Assembly (NCBI GenBank): GCA_963764475.1 | Contig: CAVXTE010000102.1 | Location: 2,787-66,786, forward strand | DNA from: an uncultured Bacteroidales bacterium | GTDB lineage: Bacteria > Bacteroidota > Bacteroidia > Bacteroidales > JAADJA01 | Direction of reading: 5' to 3' | DNA length: 64,000 bases | In this document: positions 10,177-19,682 of the stretch, one piece after another | Layout: each line of letters opens with the position of its first letter | Numbering within the stretch: position 1 is the first letter of the stretch | Translations under genes and position numbers: made by a program | Notes under the pieces: model-generated | What the model was told of the DNA's origin: nothing | The model's input: only the letters and a program-made list of their open reading frames with translations | Databases searched by the model: none

Positions 10177-10473
10177 TTAAATAGCTTTAATTATTACGAC
10201 AGATAAAATGATAACGGCGGCAATTCCCATCAGAATAAAGATCGTTTTTCTTTCGCTGGCAATTTTTTTATTCAGGTCTTTAAGTCTGGCATTGACGACT
10301 TCAGGTTTAATGCCGGTTTCTAATGCCCTCTTATACCATTCTTTAGCAAGCCTGTAAATTTCGATTTTAAAAAAATCATCACCGTTTTTAAGACATTCCT
10401 CGAATTTTTTTTCTTCTTGTGTCTGTTTAATAGTAGTTTCCATCTCTGCCATAATGAAATTCTTTTTCTGCAA
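10177..10473 (-). CDS. Small tail-anchored protein with a TPR-like helix pair
   Basis: 98-aa ORF with a TTG start; the likely ATG is at 10452. It has a C-terminal TM helix (IFILMGIAAVIILSVVII) and lies 82 nt downstream of the cyclase gene. Confidence 0.45.
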   Translation of the reverse strand: MQKKNFIMAEMETTIKQTQEEKKFEECLKNGDDFFKIEIYRLAKEWYKRALETGIKPEVVNARLKDLNKKIASERKTIFILMGIAAVIILSVVIIKAI

Positions 10474-10555
10474 AATAAAGAAATCTTTTAAAACGGAGAT
10501 ACTTCTTTTACGGATAATTTATGCAAATTAAACCAACAGAGATTTTTCTGAAAAG

Positions 10556-12544
10556 TCAGGTTGATGATGAATAGTCCATAGCAGCTTTAACATGGGTTTT
10601 GTCGTCCAATTCTCTTTCAACAAGGTACATGTCGACCTCCCCTTTGTTTTTTGCTTTGACTTTCCCACGATACGTACATTCGAAATGATCTCTGACTAAT
10701 GAATAGGTAGTTCCCGAAATATTGACTTTCCCAGGTATACCGCTTGATTCCATGCGGCTAGCCACGTTCACAGCATCGCCCCAGATATCGTAAGCGAATT
10801 TATTTTTCCCAACAACACCAGCTATAACAGGCCCTGTATGAATGCCAATTCGAAGTTCCCAATAATCCAATCCCTTTTCTTCACGCTCTATCTTTAACTG
10901 CTCCATATATTTTCTAATTTCGAGGCCCGCTTTCACGATATCAATCGGATTGGTCGTATTTGCAACCGGTATTCCTCCTGCACACATATAGGCATCGCCA
11001 ATGGTTTTGATTTTTTCGAGGTTATGGCGATCGATGATTTTATCAAATTCAAGAAAACATTTGTCCAGTTCGCCGACCAGTTCGGCCGGAGTAAGTTTCT
11101 CTGCAATATTGGTGAACCCTTTAAAATCAGTAAAAAGAACGGAAACCATTTCATAATGCTTAGGCGTTGCCGTACCTTTTTCTTTCAGTTCTTCAGCCGT
11201 CTCCTCAGGCAGGATGTTGAGTAATAGTTTATCCGAACGCTCTTTCTCATATTCAATGATCTTTTTCGTTTTCCGAACATATTTATATCTGTTGAACAAC
11301 CCGATAGCTAACATCAGCATTAATATCCCAACAATTCCGGCAGCATTTCGGACTATTTTTTGCTGCCTGATGATTGATGCCTGAAGTGCCTTATCTTTAG
11401 CAAGCAGATCTATCTCACCCTGCTGCTTTTCAATATCGTAAAGCAATGATTTTGCCTGGAGCTTTTTATCCATTTCAGCATTGTAAAGCGTATCTTTTAT
11501 ATTCGACAACTCATACTGATAATGAAAGGCGTTTCTGTAATCCTTTAAAAGTGAATACGATTGAGCAAGTTCAGTATACGTATCCTTCAATTCTTCGCGC
11601 ATATCCAGATTTGAAGCTATTTTCTCAGCTTTTTTCAGATTGGAGACCGACAATTCATATTGTTTCTCATCCTTATAAACTTTCGCAAGTTCAATCAGGG
11701 CTTGTGCCGTTTCAATATCCGCATTGTTTTTCTTTGCCAAATCGTATGCCTGAAGAAAATAGCTGATGGCATCTTTATAATCTTTACGCAATGCATACAC
11801 CTTCCCAATGCCAATGAGTGCATAGGGAACATTGCCCGTGGTTGTTTGTTTGTAAGCATTAAGTGCTTTGGTAAAGTAGAAAAGTGCGGAGGAATCTGCT
11901 ACCTTTCTCAGATAAATTTCACCCATATTTACGGCCGAGGTACCAATGGCATCATAATCGCCCAGGGAATCACTTAAAGCAATCGCCTGCTTGTAATAAC
12001 CCAAAGCCATTTCCGTGCTGGCATCCTTTCGTGAATATACTGCACCAATATTTACCAGGGCTGTTGCAATCCGCAGTGTATCATGGATTTCTTCCGCCAC
12101 CTTTAGTGATTCAAGATAGTAATCGAGTGCTTTTGCATCCTCACCTTCATTAAAGTAAGTGGCTCCCAGATTATTCAGCATGTTGGAAATCCCTTTTACA
12201 TAATGAATTTCCTCAAAGGTCGCCAGAGAAAGCTTCCAGTTCAGAACAGCTTCCAGCGGTTTGCTTTGAAAATAATAAGCCATGCCGATACTTTTGTAAG
12301 CATATCCCAGTCCAACTTTAAAATTGATCTTGTCTGCCAGTTCTTTGGCCTGATTTGCATAATTCAGCGCATTTTCCGTTGACGTCCTGTAAAAGTTACT
12401 GCTGAGCTTGATGAGTACATTCACCCTGGCAGAATCAGCAATACTCCCACTCAGCAAACTTTTCAGGCTATCGATTTGTGAGGTTTGCGCAATTAAAACG
12501 GATGTCGCAAAGAAGGCTAATATGACCGGTATTCTTTTAATCAT
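10556..12544 (-). CDS. TPR-repeat, membrane-anchored class III adenylate/guanylate cyclase
   Basis: Signal peptide from the ATG at 12544, multiple TPR units and one TM helix. The C-terminal cyclase domain carries VLFTDFKGFT, KTIGDAYM and YDIWGDAVNVASRMES. Confidence 0.85.
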   Translation of the reverse strand: MIKRIPVILAFFATSVLIAQTSQIDSLKSLLSGSIADSARVNVLIKLSSNFYRTSTENALNYANQAKELADKINFKVGLGYAYKSIGMAYYFQSKPLEAVLNWKLSLATFEEIHYVKGISNMLNNLGATYFNEGEDAKALDYYLESLKVAEEIHDTLRIATALVNIGAVYSRKDASTEMALGYYKQAIALSDSLGDYDAIGTSAVNMGEIYLRKVADSSALFYFTKALNAYKQTTTGNVPYALIGIGKVYALRKDYKDAISYFLQAYDLAKKNNADIETAQALIELAKVYKDEKQYELSVSNLKKAEKIASNLDMREELKDTYTELAQSYSLLKDYRNAFHYQYELSNIKDTLYNAEMDKKLQAKSLLYDIEKQQGEIDLLAKDKALQASIIRQQKIVRNAAGIVGILMLMLAIGLFNRYKYVRKTKKIIEYEKERSDKLLLNILPEETAEELKEKGTATPKHYEMVSVLFTDFKGFTNIAEKLTPAELVGELDKCFLEFDKIIDRHNLEKIKTIGDAYMCAGGIPVANTTNPIDIVKAGLEIRKYMEQLKIEREEKGLDYWELRIGIHTGPVIAGVVGKNKFAYDIWGDAVNVASRMESSGIPGKVNISGTTYSLVRDHFECTYRGKVKAKNKGEVDMYLVERELDDKTHVKAAMDYSSST

Positions 12545-12640
12545 GCTCTGAATTAAGCTATTCAACAAAATGATCTCAAGTAATGTTCATTATTCCCCGC
12601 ATGATACATTCACTTCAAAATCTGTTATTTGCGATTAAAC

Positions 12641-12666
12641 AAAAAAAGAAGGAACGAATTCCTCCT
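12641..12666 (-). terminator. Rho-independent terminator after the S8 peptidase gene
   Basis: On the minus strand, AGGAGGAA-TTCG-TTCCTTCT is followed by a T-run. Confidence 0.55.
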
Positions 12667-12707
12667 TTCTTTATTCATTGAAGTCCCTGATTCTTCAGGT
12701 CAAAAAG

Positions 12708-13967
12708 TTATTGCTTGATGACTTTTATTAATTCAAGTTTGGTTGCAGTTCTGATTTTAATAAAATACATGCCTTTTACCATTCCTGTTAAATCGATTTC
12801 CATTATTTTGTCCATCATTTGTGCAGGTGCGTCGCACAAATTACCGTAAATATTATAAACATTAACGTTCTGTTCTGTTACATTATAATCATACAGGTTG
12901 ATGTACACTTTATCGTTTACCGGATTAGGATAAGCCTTTAAATCCACAGTCGTGCCGCTGTTGTTTTCGGGCTGCTCAATTTCTGCTGATTTTCCCTTAT
13001 TGCATTTTGGTGAAGAGGAATTGGCAGAAGCACCTTCTGAAGTCTTTTGTCCTTTTTGATTATAACTGGCCAACGTCCACGAAAGGTCCGAACCATCAAA
13101 CGGGATTCCAAACGTATTTGTACCAGAAAGGAACAATTCAGGCTGATTGCTGTCATCATATGAACCTGCGCTTTCCAGATTATTGTCCTCACCCTTTGGT
13201 ATATAAACCGGTGAATTATTATTGTTTGTATACTGGAAATATGCTACATAATCGTAACCACCAACCGGATTTGCATCATCTACACAAAGCAGTTTTGGTA
13301 TCAAGTGCTTGGTACCCGGGCCGAATGGATTTACATAAAGGGTTCCATCAACAGGTGTAAAGATATAATTTAGTGCCGTTGCCTGAGGAATTACATCATA
13401 AATACCTGCATTCCCGTTGAAGTTCGGATTCAGGGTATAACTTGTGTTCGTAACAACCGATTCATCATCACCATTCACAAAACCGCTGAAAGTAAACGTA
13501 AAATCAGGTAACAGATCTCCCTCAAAAATTACCTGTGTATCTGCAGTAACAGTAGCATTTGCCGGATTAATGGTTAACGTTCCGGGAACAAAACTAAGGC
13601 TATAGTTTGGCCCGGCTGCAATTGTCCCTTGTAAAATTGTATATGTTCCTGCATTTTCCCCGCCTGACCATGTTAATTCGCCTGTCAATTCATCACTACC
13701 AAATAAAGTTCCACTGGTGATAGTATATGTAAGGTCAGGATCAGGTTCTCCATAGATTTTAATTTGATCATCTGCTGCAACAACCAAACCCGCAGGGTTA
13801 ATAATCATCGTAACAGTAGCACTACCGAAATAATTTGGATCATTTACACTCACAGAAACTTCATACGTGCCTGCATCAACCGGTAAATCAGTTGATCCGT
13901 TATAGGTCGTTACCATATCTACTGTATCAGGATTTGCATTAAATATCAATGGATTTAGCGGTTCCAT
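12708..13967 (-). CDS. C-terminal fragment of the giant secreted peptidase: MBG-like repeats plus T9SS C-terminal sorting domain
   Basis: Repeated ...YG(E)PDP.LTY... units. The last ~80 aa (KAYPNPVNDKVYINL...GMYFIKI...) look like a type A T9SS CTD. The fragment overlaps the upstream ORF by 29 nt in a different frame. Confidence 0.75.
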   Translation of the reverse strand: MEPLNPLIFNANPDTVDMVTTYNGSTDLPVDAGTYEVSVSVNDPNYFGSATVTMIINPAGLVVAADDQIKIYGEPDPDLTYTITSGTLFGSDELTGELTWSGGENAGTYTILQGTIAAGPNYSLSFVPGTLTINPANATVTADTQVIFEGDLLPDFTFTFSGFVNGDDESVVTNTSYTLNPNFNGNAGIYDVIPQATALNYIFTPVDGTLYVNPFGPGTKHLIPKLLCVDDANPVGGYDYVAYFQYTNNNNSPVYIPKGEDNNLESAGSYDDSNQPELFLSGTNTFGIPFDGSDLSWTLASYNQKGQKTSEGASANSSSPKCNKGKSAEIEQPENNSGTTVDLKAYPNPVNDKVYINLYDYNVTEQNVNVYNIYGNLCDAPAQMMDKIMEIDLTGMVKGMYFIKIRTATKLELIKVIKQ

Positions 13968-16900
13968 CGTATGTTTGCATTAAACTGGCATCATCAATTG
14001 AAATTGCAACCTCTGCCGGTGTTATTGAGTAATTGCCCGGTTCATAAGTGACATTGAAATTATTTGAGAGGTAAACACCGGGAATATTCCAGTATGAACC
14101 AACCGTATTACCGGGAATCAGGTTCATTGGTACCATCGCAATGGTGCCTGTATCATTGCCAAGTAAAATATTTATATCATCATCGGTAAGCATGAACACA
14201 GCATTGCTATTGCTGCTCTCGTTGATGGTAGTCGTATTTACGAGGGCAGTTGCACTTGCATTTACAAGTGCGGTTGAATTAACCAGTGCGGTCGCTGTTC
14301 CATTTACCAAAACAGTGGCTGTACCAGCAACAAGTGATGCCGCATTTACCAATACAGTTGCGCGCGCTGCGCTGTTAACCAACACAGTAGCTCTGGCAGC
14401 TCCGTTAACAAGTGCTGTGGCATTTATCGATCCATCCGGATTAAACAATGAATCAACGGATGTAATTTCAACTAAATCAGTATTGTTGACAAGTGCTGTT
14501 GCGGAGATCATGAAACTATAATTAACGAGGGCAGTTGCAGGAGCATTTACAAGGGCTGTAGCCATAGCATTTACCAAAACGGTGGCATGACTTGCCTGCA
14601 GATTTGATAAAATTTGTTCATTTACATTTTCTGGTATGACAACACCGGTGTCGCTATCGTAATTATAATCGAAATTAAACCCGGCAATGGGTTCTCCATA
14701 AACAAACGTTGTATCTTTCGGCGTGATCACAAGATCAAGTTTATTAATGGTCAACAGACCATTAACAAATACAAAGTTAAACTGGTCAAGCAATGAAATA
14801 TCGAGAGAATCGGTAGCTTCCACACCGCTATTCGGATTCAGCGGGTCAGTAATATCAGGTGTGATAGCCCAAAGTCCTGAATTGGATAATTCACTAACAT
14901 TAACGGTCTCAAACTGAATTCCCATAATACGGGAAAATTCTGCAGGCATTAAGCCTGCATCGGTTAGCGATACCGTGCTATCGGGGTTCACAAGTTCATA
15001 GTTAGCAGTCAATTCCGGCACAACTTCCCCGTAATACTTGCTTTTATTGTCAATTGTGATCAGGACGGTTGGTTTGTTATTAAAATATAACGGATTTGAC
15101 AATCCTCCGTCTGTCCCATTCGTTTCAGGATTGGGTGGATTATAAACCTGGATTGTAGGATACAGATCGGTAAAAGGATAGATGGTAGCCGTAATGGCAG
15201 TATCACCCTGAACAGTTCCTGATTCTGCCGGTTCACCGTTAAATATGACCTGTGAACCATCGGTGAGGTAGTTGCCGGTTATTGTAATTGTAAGTGTATC
15301 GCTTCCCGGAGTCAGGGCTGTATCATAAAACAGGCCTGAAATTACAGGCGAAGGATTTGCCAGGGTGAGCAATGCAGCATCTGCCTGGATAAAGCCATTT
15401 CCGGTTGCATTATCGTATCCCGGCGAATTCATATCGATAGCCGTGGAAGTCATAATTGTGCGCAAAACATCCGGAGACAGGTTTGTTCCATAAAATTTAT
15501 TTACTGCTTCTTTCAGCAGAGCTGCGACACCTGCAGCATGTGGGGCAGCCGCTGAAGTACCGAAAAAGTTAGGAAACGGATCTCCATCGATATTAACGCC
15601 TCCCAAATCAACCGTAGTATTTACACCATTAGGGGCTGTAATATCCGGTTTATCCCGGTCAATACCATTGACCATCGTTCCTCCTCTCGATGAAAAAGAA
15701 GCGATTGTGGGTGGATTAACTCCGTATTCAGGTGTATTGCTGTACAAAACAGCACCAACGGTAATAGAACCTTCTGCATTCGGATGGCCAACGATTGTTG
15801 AATTGCCTGTATTGCCATACTCATTCATTGTTACCTGTCCCCTGAAAACAATGTACTTAAATCTTACATTATCCGGTCCGGAGGCTTTGACAATCAACAG
15901 GTTGGTTTCTGCACCGCCGGGTCCTACTGTGAAAGGCAATACTTCAATCGGATTTCCACCGGTATTATCACGGTTGAATCCGAATAATGTCGAACCATTG
16001 CTATTGGCAATGTAGATATCGAGGTCGGTATTGGTATTGCCATAATCTGTCCCGTCATCCCATTGAAGCACCAGGGTATAATTACCTTCGGCAACGGAGA
16101 TGCTTTGGTAAATATCATTTTCCCCCGATCCGGCAAAATTATGAGCAACCCCTGTCATTCCGTCGGGTGCAGGAGCGGCATAAAAATCATTTTCATACGA
16201 ATTCGTACCATAGTTACCGGCTGCCGTAAAATATGCAACTCCCTGGCTTACTACCGAATTTACGGTTTGAGCAACAAGTCCATCCTGGAAAAAAGGCTCT
16301 GATATATAGGTAATATCATCTACAATAACATCACATCCTGCGTCTTTAAGCTCGTTAATACCTTGTGCAAAATCGAATGCATTGAGGAAACCTGTTCTGA
16401 AAGCGAGTGTTGCCTTTGGCGCAATGTCATGGACAATTTGCAGCATGGCACGTCCTTCATCCGAAGCCGTATACGGATAATCTTTAATAACATCAACTGG
16501 TGTACTGTTTTCGGGATTTGGAACGGGATTGCCATTGGCGTCGATTCCAATTCCAGGTAAATCTCCTTTAAGTATATCGTCGTTGGCCGGATTTCCTATT
16601 TTCTTATTATAGCTGTCGGAAATAACCCCAACTTTAACGCCTTCACCTCCCAACAGAAAAGCATTCCGCGCGATATCCGAACGCATGGCAATATCACCCT
16701 GAGTGGTAACGATACCGCTGTTTACCTGTGCCGGATATTCCGGACGGGCGTAATTAACTTGTGTCACAAGATTGTTTATCAACAATAAGTTATCTATGGG
16801 GAACCAACCTGTAATGGATAGCTGTCCGGGAATTCCTTTTGGGTCGGTCATTCCGTACCCCGACGAAGTGAGTGTATCAAGCAGATTACTATATTGTCCG

Positions 16901-17607
16901 TCCAGCGCAAACACTTTGATTAATACGGTTGAACTATCGATCTGGAAAATATTATCCGATACTGCTGTTCCGTTTGCCTGGTAAGCATTATAAAGGGATG
17001 TTAATTCGGGTCCGATCAATGAGTTTTCAAGCTTTCCTCCTGCCGGCGGTTCATAATACGGATAAATATTCGATGACAAACAATCAAGCACAGCCTGAAA
17101 TTCACTGGCTGAAAAACTTGCAATTAAATCCTTTTTTCCTGCCTTTACAAGTGTTTGCTGATCTTGCAGACCACCTGACAGCGTATATGTCATTGTAAAC
17201 TCCCCGGGGATACCATTTCCAAATCCTGAAGTCCCTGTAATCCGAAAGCCCTGAAAGGGATCACCTCCAAGATTCGGCCCCAGGTCAATGTTATTATAAT
17301 TAAGATTACCATCAATTACCGTAACAAATACATTTGAATAGGTGCCGGGAGCGGCCTGCACTGAATAATGGGCCATCGCCTTACATGATCCGGAACAGCC
17401 ATTACTTTTTACATCGAGAACAATGGTATAGGTGCCATTTCCTAAATCTACAACATTTGAAATTGCAGTTGAAAATCCCTGTCCCTGGTCTTTTTCAAGA
17501 TCACATGATGATTGAGCTGTTAAACTGGAAGTTAGGATAAAAAGCAGGAATAGAATTAATAAATAGATTTGAAACAAAGGTCTAAAACTAGTATTCAGAT
17601 TTTTCAT
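13939..17607 (-). CDS. N-terminal fragment of the giant secreted subtilisin-like (S8) peptidase
   Basis: Signal peptide, Asp context VGVISDSY and Ser motif GTSAAAPHAAGVAALL. Downstream are MBG-like repeats. The ORF ends inside a repeat (QTYDGTAKSIDI*) that continues in the next ORF. Confidence 0.8.
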   Translation of the reverse strand: MKNLNTSFRPLFQIYLLILFLLFILTSSLTAQSSCDLEKDQGQGFSTAISNVVDLGNGTYTIVLDVKSNGCSGSCKAMAHYSVQAAPGTYSNVFVTVIDGNLNYNNIDLGPNLGGDPFQGFRITGTSGFGNGIPGEFTMTYTLSGGLQDQQTLVKAGKKDLIASFSASEFQAVLDCLSSNIYPYYEPPAGGKLENSLIGPELTSLYNAYQANGTAVSDNIFQIDSSTVLIKVFALDGQYSNLLDTLTSSGYGMTDPKGIPGQLSITGWFPIDNLLLINNLVTQVNYARPEYPAQVNSGIVTTQGDIAMRSDIARNAFLLGGEGVKVGVISDSYNKKIGNPANDDILKGDLPGIGIDANGNPVPNPENSTPVDVIKDYPYTASDEGRAMLQIVHDIAPKATLAFRTGFLNAFDFAQGINELKDAGCDVIVDDITYISEPFFQDGLVAQTVNSVVSQGVAYFTAAGNYGTNSYENDFYAAPAPDGMTGVAHNFAGSGENDIYQSISVAEGNYTLVLQWDDGTDYGNTNTDLDIYIANSNGSTLFGFNRDNTGGNPIEVLPFTVGPGGAETNLLIVKASGPDNVRFKYIVFRGQVTMNEYGNTGNSTIVGHPNAEGSITVGAVLYSNTPEYGVNPPTIASFSSRGGTMVNGIDRDKPDITAPNGVNTTVDLGGVNIDGDPFPNFFGTSAAAPHAAGVAALLKEAVNKFYGTNLSPDVLRTIMTSTAIDMNSPGYDNATGNGFIQADAALLTLANPSPVISGLFYDTALTPGSDTLTITITGNYLTDGSQVIFNGEPAESGTVQGDTAITATIYPFTDLYPTIQVYNPPNPETNGTDGGLSNPLYFNNKPTVLITIDNKSKYYGEVVPELTANYELVNPDSTVSLTDAGLMPAEFSRIMGIQFETVNVSELSNSGLWAITPDITDPLNPNSGVEATDSLDISLLDQFNFVFVNGLLTINKLDLVITPKDTTFVYGEPIAGFNFDYNYDSDTGVVIPENVNEQILSNLQASHATVLVNAMATALVNAPATALVNYSFMISATALVNNTDLVEITSVDSLFNPDGSINATALVNGAARATVLVNSAARATVLVNAASLVAGTATVLVNGTATALVNSTALVNASATALVNTTTINESSNSNAVFMLTDDDINILLGNDTGTIAMVPMNLIPGNTVGSYWNIPGVYLSNNFNVTYEPGNYSITPAEVAISIDDASLMQTYDGTAKSIDI
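14227..14589 (-). repeat. Coding array of about 12 degenerate ATALVN / ATVLVN hexa- or heptapeptide repeats
   Basis: The translation reads HATVLVNAMATALVNAPATALVN...ATALVNGAARATVLVNSAARATVLVN...GTATALVNSTALVNASATALVN. Codons differ between copies. Confidence 0.85.
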
Positions 17608-17914
17608 GGTGTTTAGATATTGGGGGATTAAATTACATTTTGTATTTACTTATCACTTGAATGAAATGCCATTTGTTGTATGAACATCAGTTGTATTTTA
17701 TTGTTCAGGAGTTATTTCTCAATATAATGAAATGATTCTGTAAAGTCTTCATCTATAATAAATAACGTCGGTAAAATTACGTTTCAAGCTGTTTAATGGT
17801 TGTTAATGAATTGTTATCGAAATGTTATAAAAGTGTTAAAACCAGTTCAAAATGATTTATTTCGTATTGAAATTTTTATAATTTTTTACAATATCCCCCG
17901 TAATTATTTATCGT

Positions 17915-17922
17915 TATTTTTG
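17915..17922 (+). promoter_or_regulatory. Bacteroidetes -7 promoter box (TATTTTTG)
   Basis: TAnnTTTG match ending 28 nt upstream of the ATG at 17950. Confidence 0.4.
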
Positions 17923-17949
17923 TAAAACATTATTTTAATCCTTCATAAA

Positions 17950-18741
17950 ATGAAAAAAACTGGGTACATCCTGCTCCTGATATTTGCATTTATAATTCTT
18001 TCAGGTAAGTCAGGTCATTCACAAAGGTTTCTCAATAAAATTAAAAACAAGGCTGAGGACAAAGCCGTAGATAAAATGTTCGGTGAGGACAAGAATAATC
18101 AGAACAGCAATTCGGATAATTCTTCAACAAATTCAAACACTACCTATTCATCCTCGTCTACCATTTCGAACACCAGGGGAAGCGGCCTGACCAATACGGC
18201 TCCTGATGTTAACGCAAATCTGAAAGAGGCCGAATCGGCTTACAACGACAAGAAATATACCGATGCCAGGTTTGCCGTCAGAAAAGCTATTTTAGGCATT
18301 GAGTTGGAAATAGGTGACAATATACTGAAAGGTTTGCCGGAGGAAATTAATGGTCTGCCTAAAATCGGTGAAGAGGATAACGTTACCAGCTCGGGCATCG
18401 GGTTTGTAGGTATGATCATCGAACGAACTTACCGAAAAGACGATCAACAGTTAAAAATTACCATCGGAAATGATGCAGCCATGTTGTCAGCCGTCAATAT
18501 GTATCTGAGTTCCGGTGCATATGCTTCGACCCAGGATCCTAACCATAAACAGGTCACCTATAAAGAATATCGCGGAATTCTGGAGTATGACGAAAGTTCG
18601 GGTTATACGCTGAGTGTTCCGTTTGGGCAGTCATCCATCCTTGTTGTTGAAGGTGTGAATTTCGAAAATGAACAGGAAATTATGGATGCAGCAGATAAAA
18701 TTGATATTGAAAGTATTAAAAAAGAATTGGGGGAACAATGA
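17950..18741 (+). CDS. Secreted hypothetical protein with an N/S-rich linker (paralog 1)
   Basis: Signal peptide and a low-complexity NQNSNSDNSSTNSNTTYSSSST stretch. The C-terminal ~180 aa align to the next ORF. Confidence 0.6.
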   Translation: MKKTGYILLLIFAFIILSGKSGHSQRFLNKIKNKAEDKAVDKMFGEDKNNQNSNSDNSSTNSNTTYSSSSTISNTRGSGLTNTAPDVNANLKEAESAYNDKKYTDARFAVRKAILGIELEIGDNILKGLPEEINGLPKIGEEDNVTSSGIGFVGMIIERTYRKDDQQLKITIGNDAAMLSAVNMYLSSGAYASTQDPNHKQVTYKEYRGILEYDESSGYTLSVPFGQSSILVVEGVNFENEQEIMDAADKIDIESIKKELGEQ

Positions 18742-19340
18742 AAAAGAAAAGATTTTTGATCGTTTTAATTGCAATTTTTGCGGGATTTCAGCTTTCAGCC
18801 CAGGATTTTGAAAATCAGATCAGCGAGGCTCAGTCGTCTTACAATTCAGGTGACCTCGAAAATGCCCGATTTCAACTGCAGGAAGCACTCAACAGTATCA
18901 ACCAGACCATCGGGAAAGAAATCCTTGCCTTGCTGCCGGATAACTTTGCAGATATGAATAAAGAAGCTGACCAGGATAATGTGACCGGTACAAATATGGG
19001 GTTTGCCGGACTATACGTAAATCGCAGTTATAAAGGCGAAAACCGGGACGCTTCGTTTGAGATCATTAGTGATTCTCCCATGATGGCTGGAATAAATTCA
19101 CTGCTGACCATGCCGGTATTCATTAATTCCGATCCGAACCAGAAACGGATCAAGGTGAAAAACTATAAAGCATTGTTAACCAAAAGCGAGGATTCTGATA
19201 ACTCAGTGTCCTATTCAATTCAAATGCCGTTCGGGAATTCTATGCTGACCTTCAAGACGGATGGGATTGATGATGAAAAAGAGGTGACTGACTTGCTCAG
19301 TGGCTTGCCTATTGAAGACATCGTAAAACTTGCTCAGTAA
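18738..19340 (+). CDS. Secreted hypothetical protein (paralog 2)
   Basis: Signal peptide. Alignable to the previous ORF (ARF..R.A/EAL, LP...N, DNVT..G.GF.G, Y.. motifs). Its start overlaps the upstream stop (ATGA). Confidence 0.6.
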   Translation: MKKKRFLIVLIAIFAGFQLSAQDFENQISEAQSSYNSGDLENARFQLQEALNSINQTIGKEILALLPDNFADMNKEADQDNVTGTNMGFAGLYVNRSYKGENRDASFEIISDSPMMAGINSLLTMPVFINSDPNQKRIKVKNYKALLTKSEDSDNSVSYSIQMPFGNSMLTFKTDGIDDEKEVTDLLSGLPIEDIVKLAQ

Positions 19341-19401
19341 AGGTCTTTACCGAAATAATTATAATGATGTAGTGTCTTGAATACAAATGTTTTTTCACTG
19401 C

Positions 19402-19614
19402 TTACTTAATCTCTTTCTTAACATTCAAGTGACCTGCTAAAAGGCAAAACACTCCAAAAAGGATAAAACTGTTGGCAAAATAAAACCAGTTGTAAAAATT
19501 GCTTACACCAAGGAATTTTCCTGTTAAAAAACCAAGGGCTCCGGCCAGTATGAAGAGTGCTCCTATAACACCTGAAATCCAGCCGATCAATGTTGCAAAA
19601 CCTGATAGTTTCAT
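19402..19614 (-). CDS. Small two-TM membrane protein
   Basis: 70 aa with two hydrophobic helices. Confidence 0.45.
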   Translation of the reverse strand: MKLSGFATLIGWISGVIGALFILAGALGFLTGKFLGVSNFYNWFYFANSFILFGVFCLLAGHLNVKKEIK

Positions 19615-19682
19615 ACGAATTTAATTTGGTTCATATGCAAATTTACTTTTTTTATCGATCCAAAATATAATCACTATTTGTA

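Noticed and set aside
10556-12544. The cyclase as part of a Pycsar/CBASS-like cyclic-nucleotide defence system
   Set aside because: The extracytoplasmic TPR sensor architecture is typical of housekeeping signalling cyclases. No cNMP-binding, TIR, patatin or pore-forming effector gene is adjacent, and the downstream 98-aa protein is too small for a cNMP-binding effector.
13939-13967. Programmed +1 ribosomal frameshift joining the two peptidase ORFs
   Set aside because: The junction (AUU UAA U) lacks the slippery-codon and upstream stimulatory features of known +1 sites such as prfB. An indel is the simpler explanation.
14141-14521. 126-aa plus-strand ORF opposite the ATALVN repeat region, and several other antisense ORFs within 13939-17607
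   Set aside because: Its low-complexity translation mirrors the repeat on the other strand, which belongs to a well-supported S8 peptidase gene.
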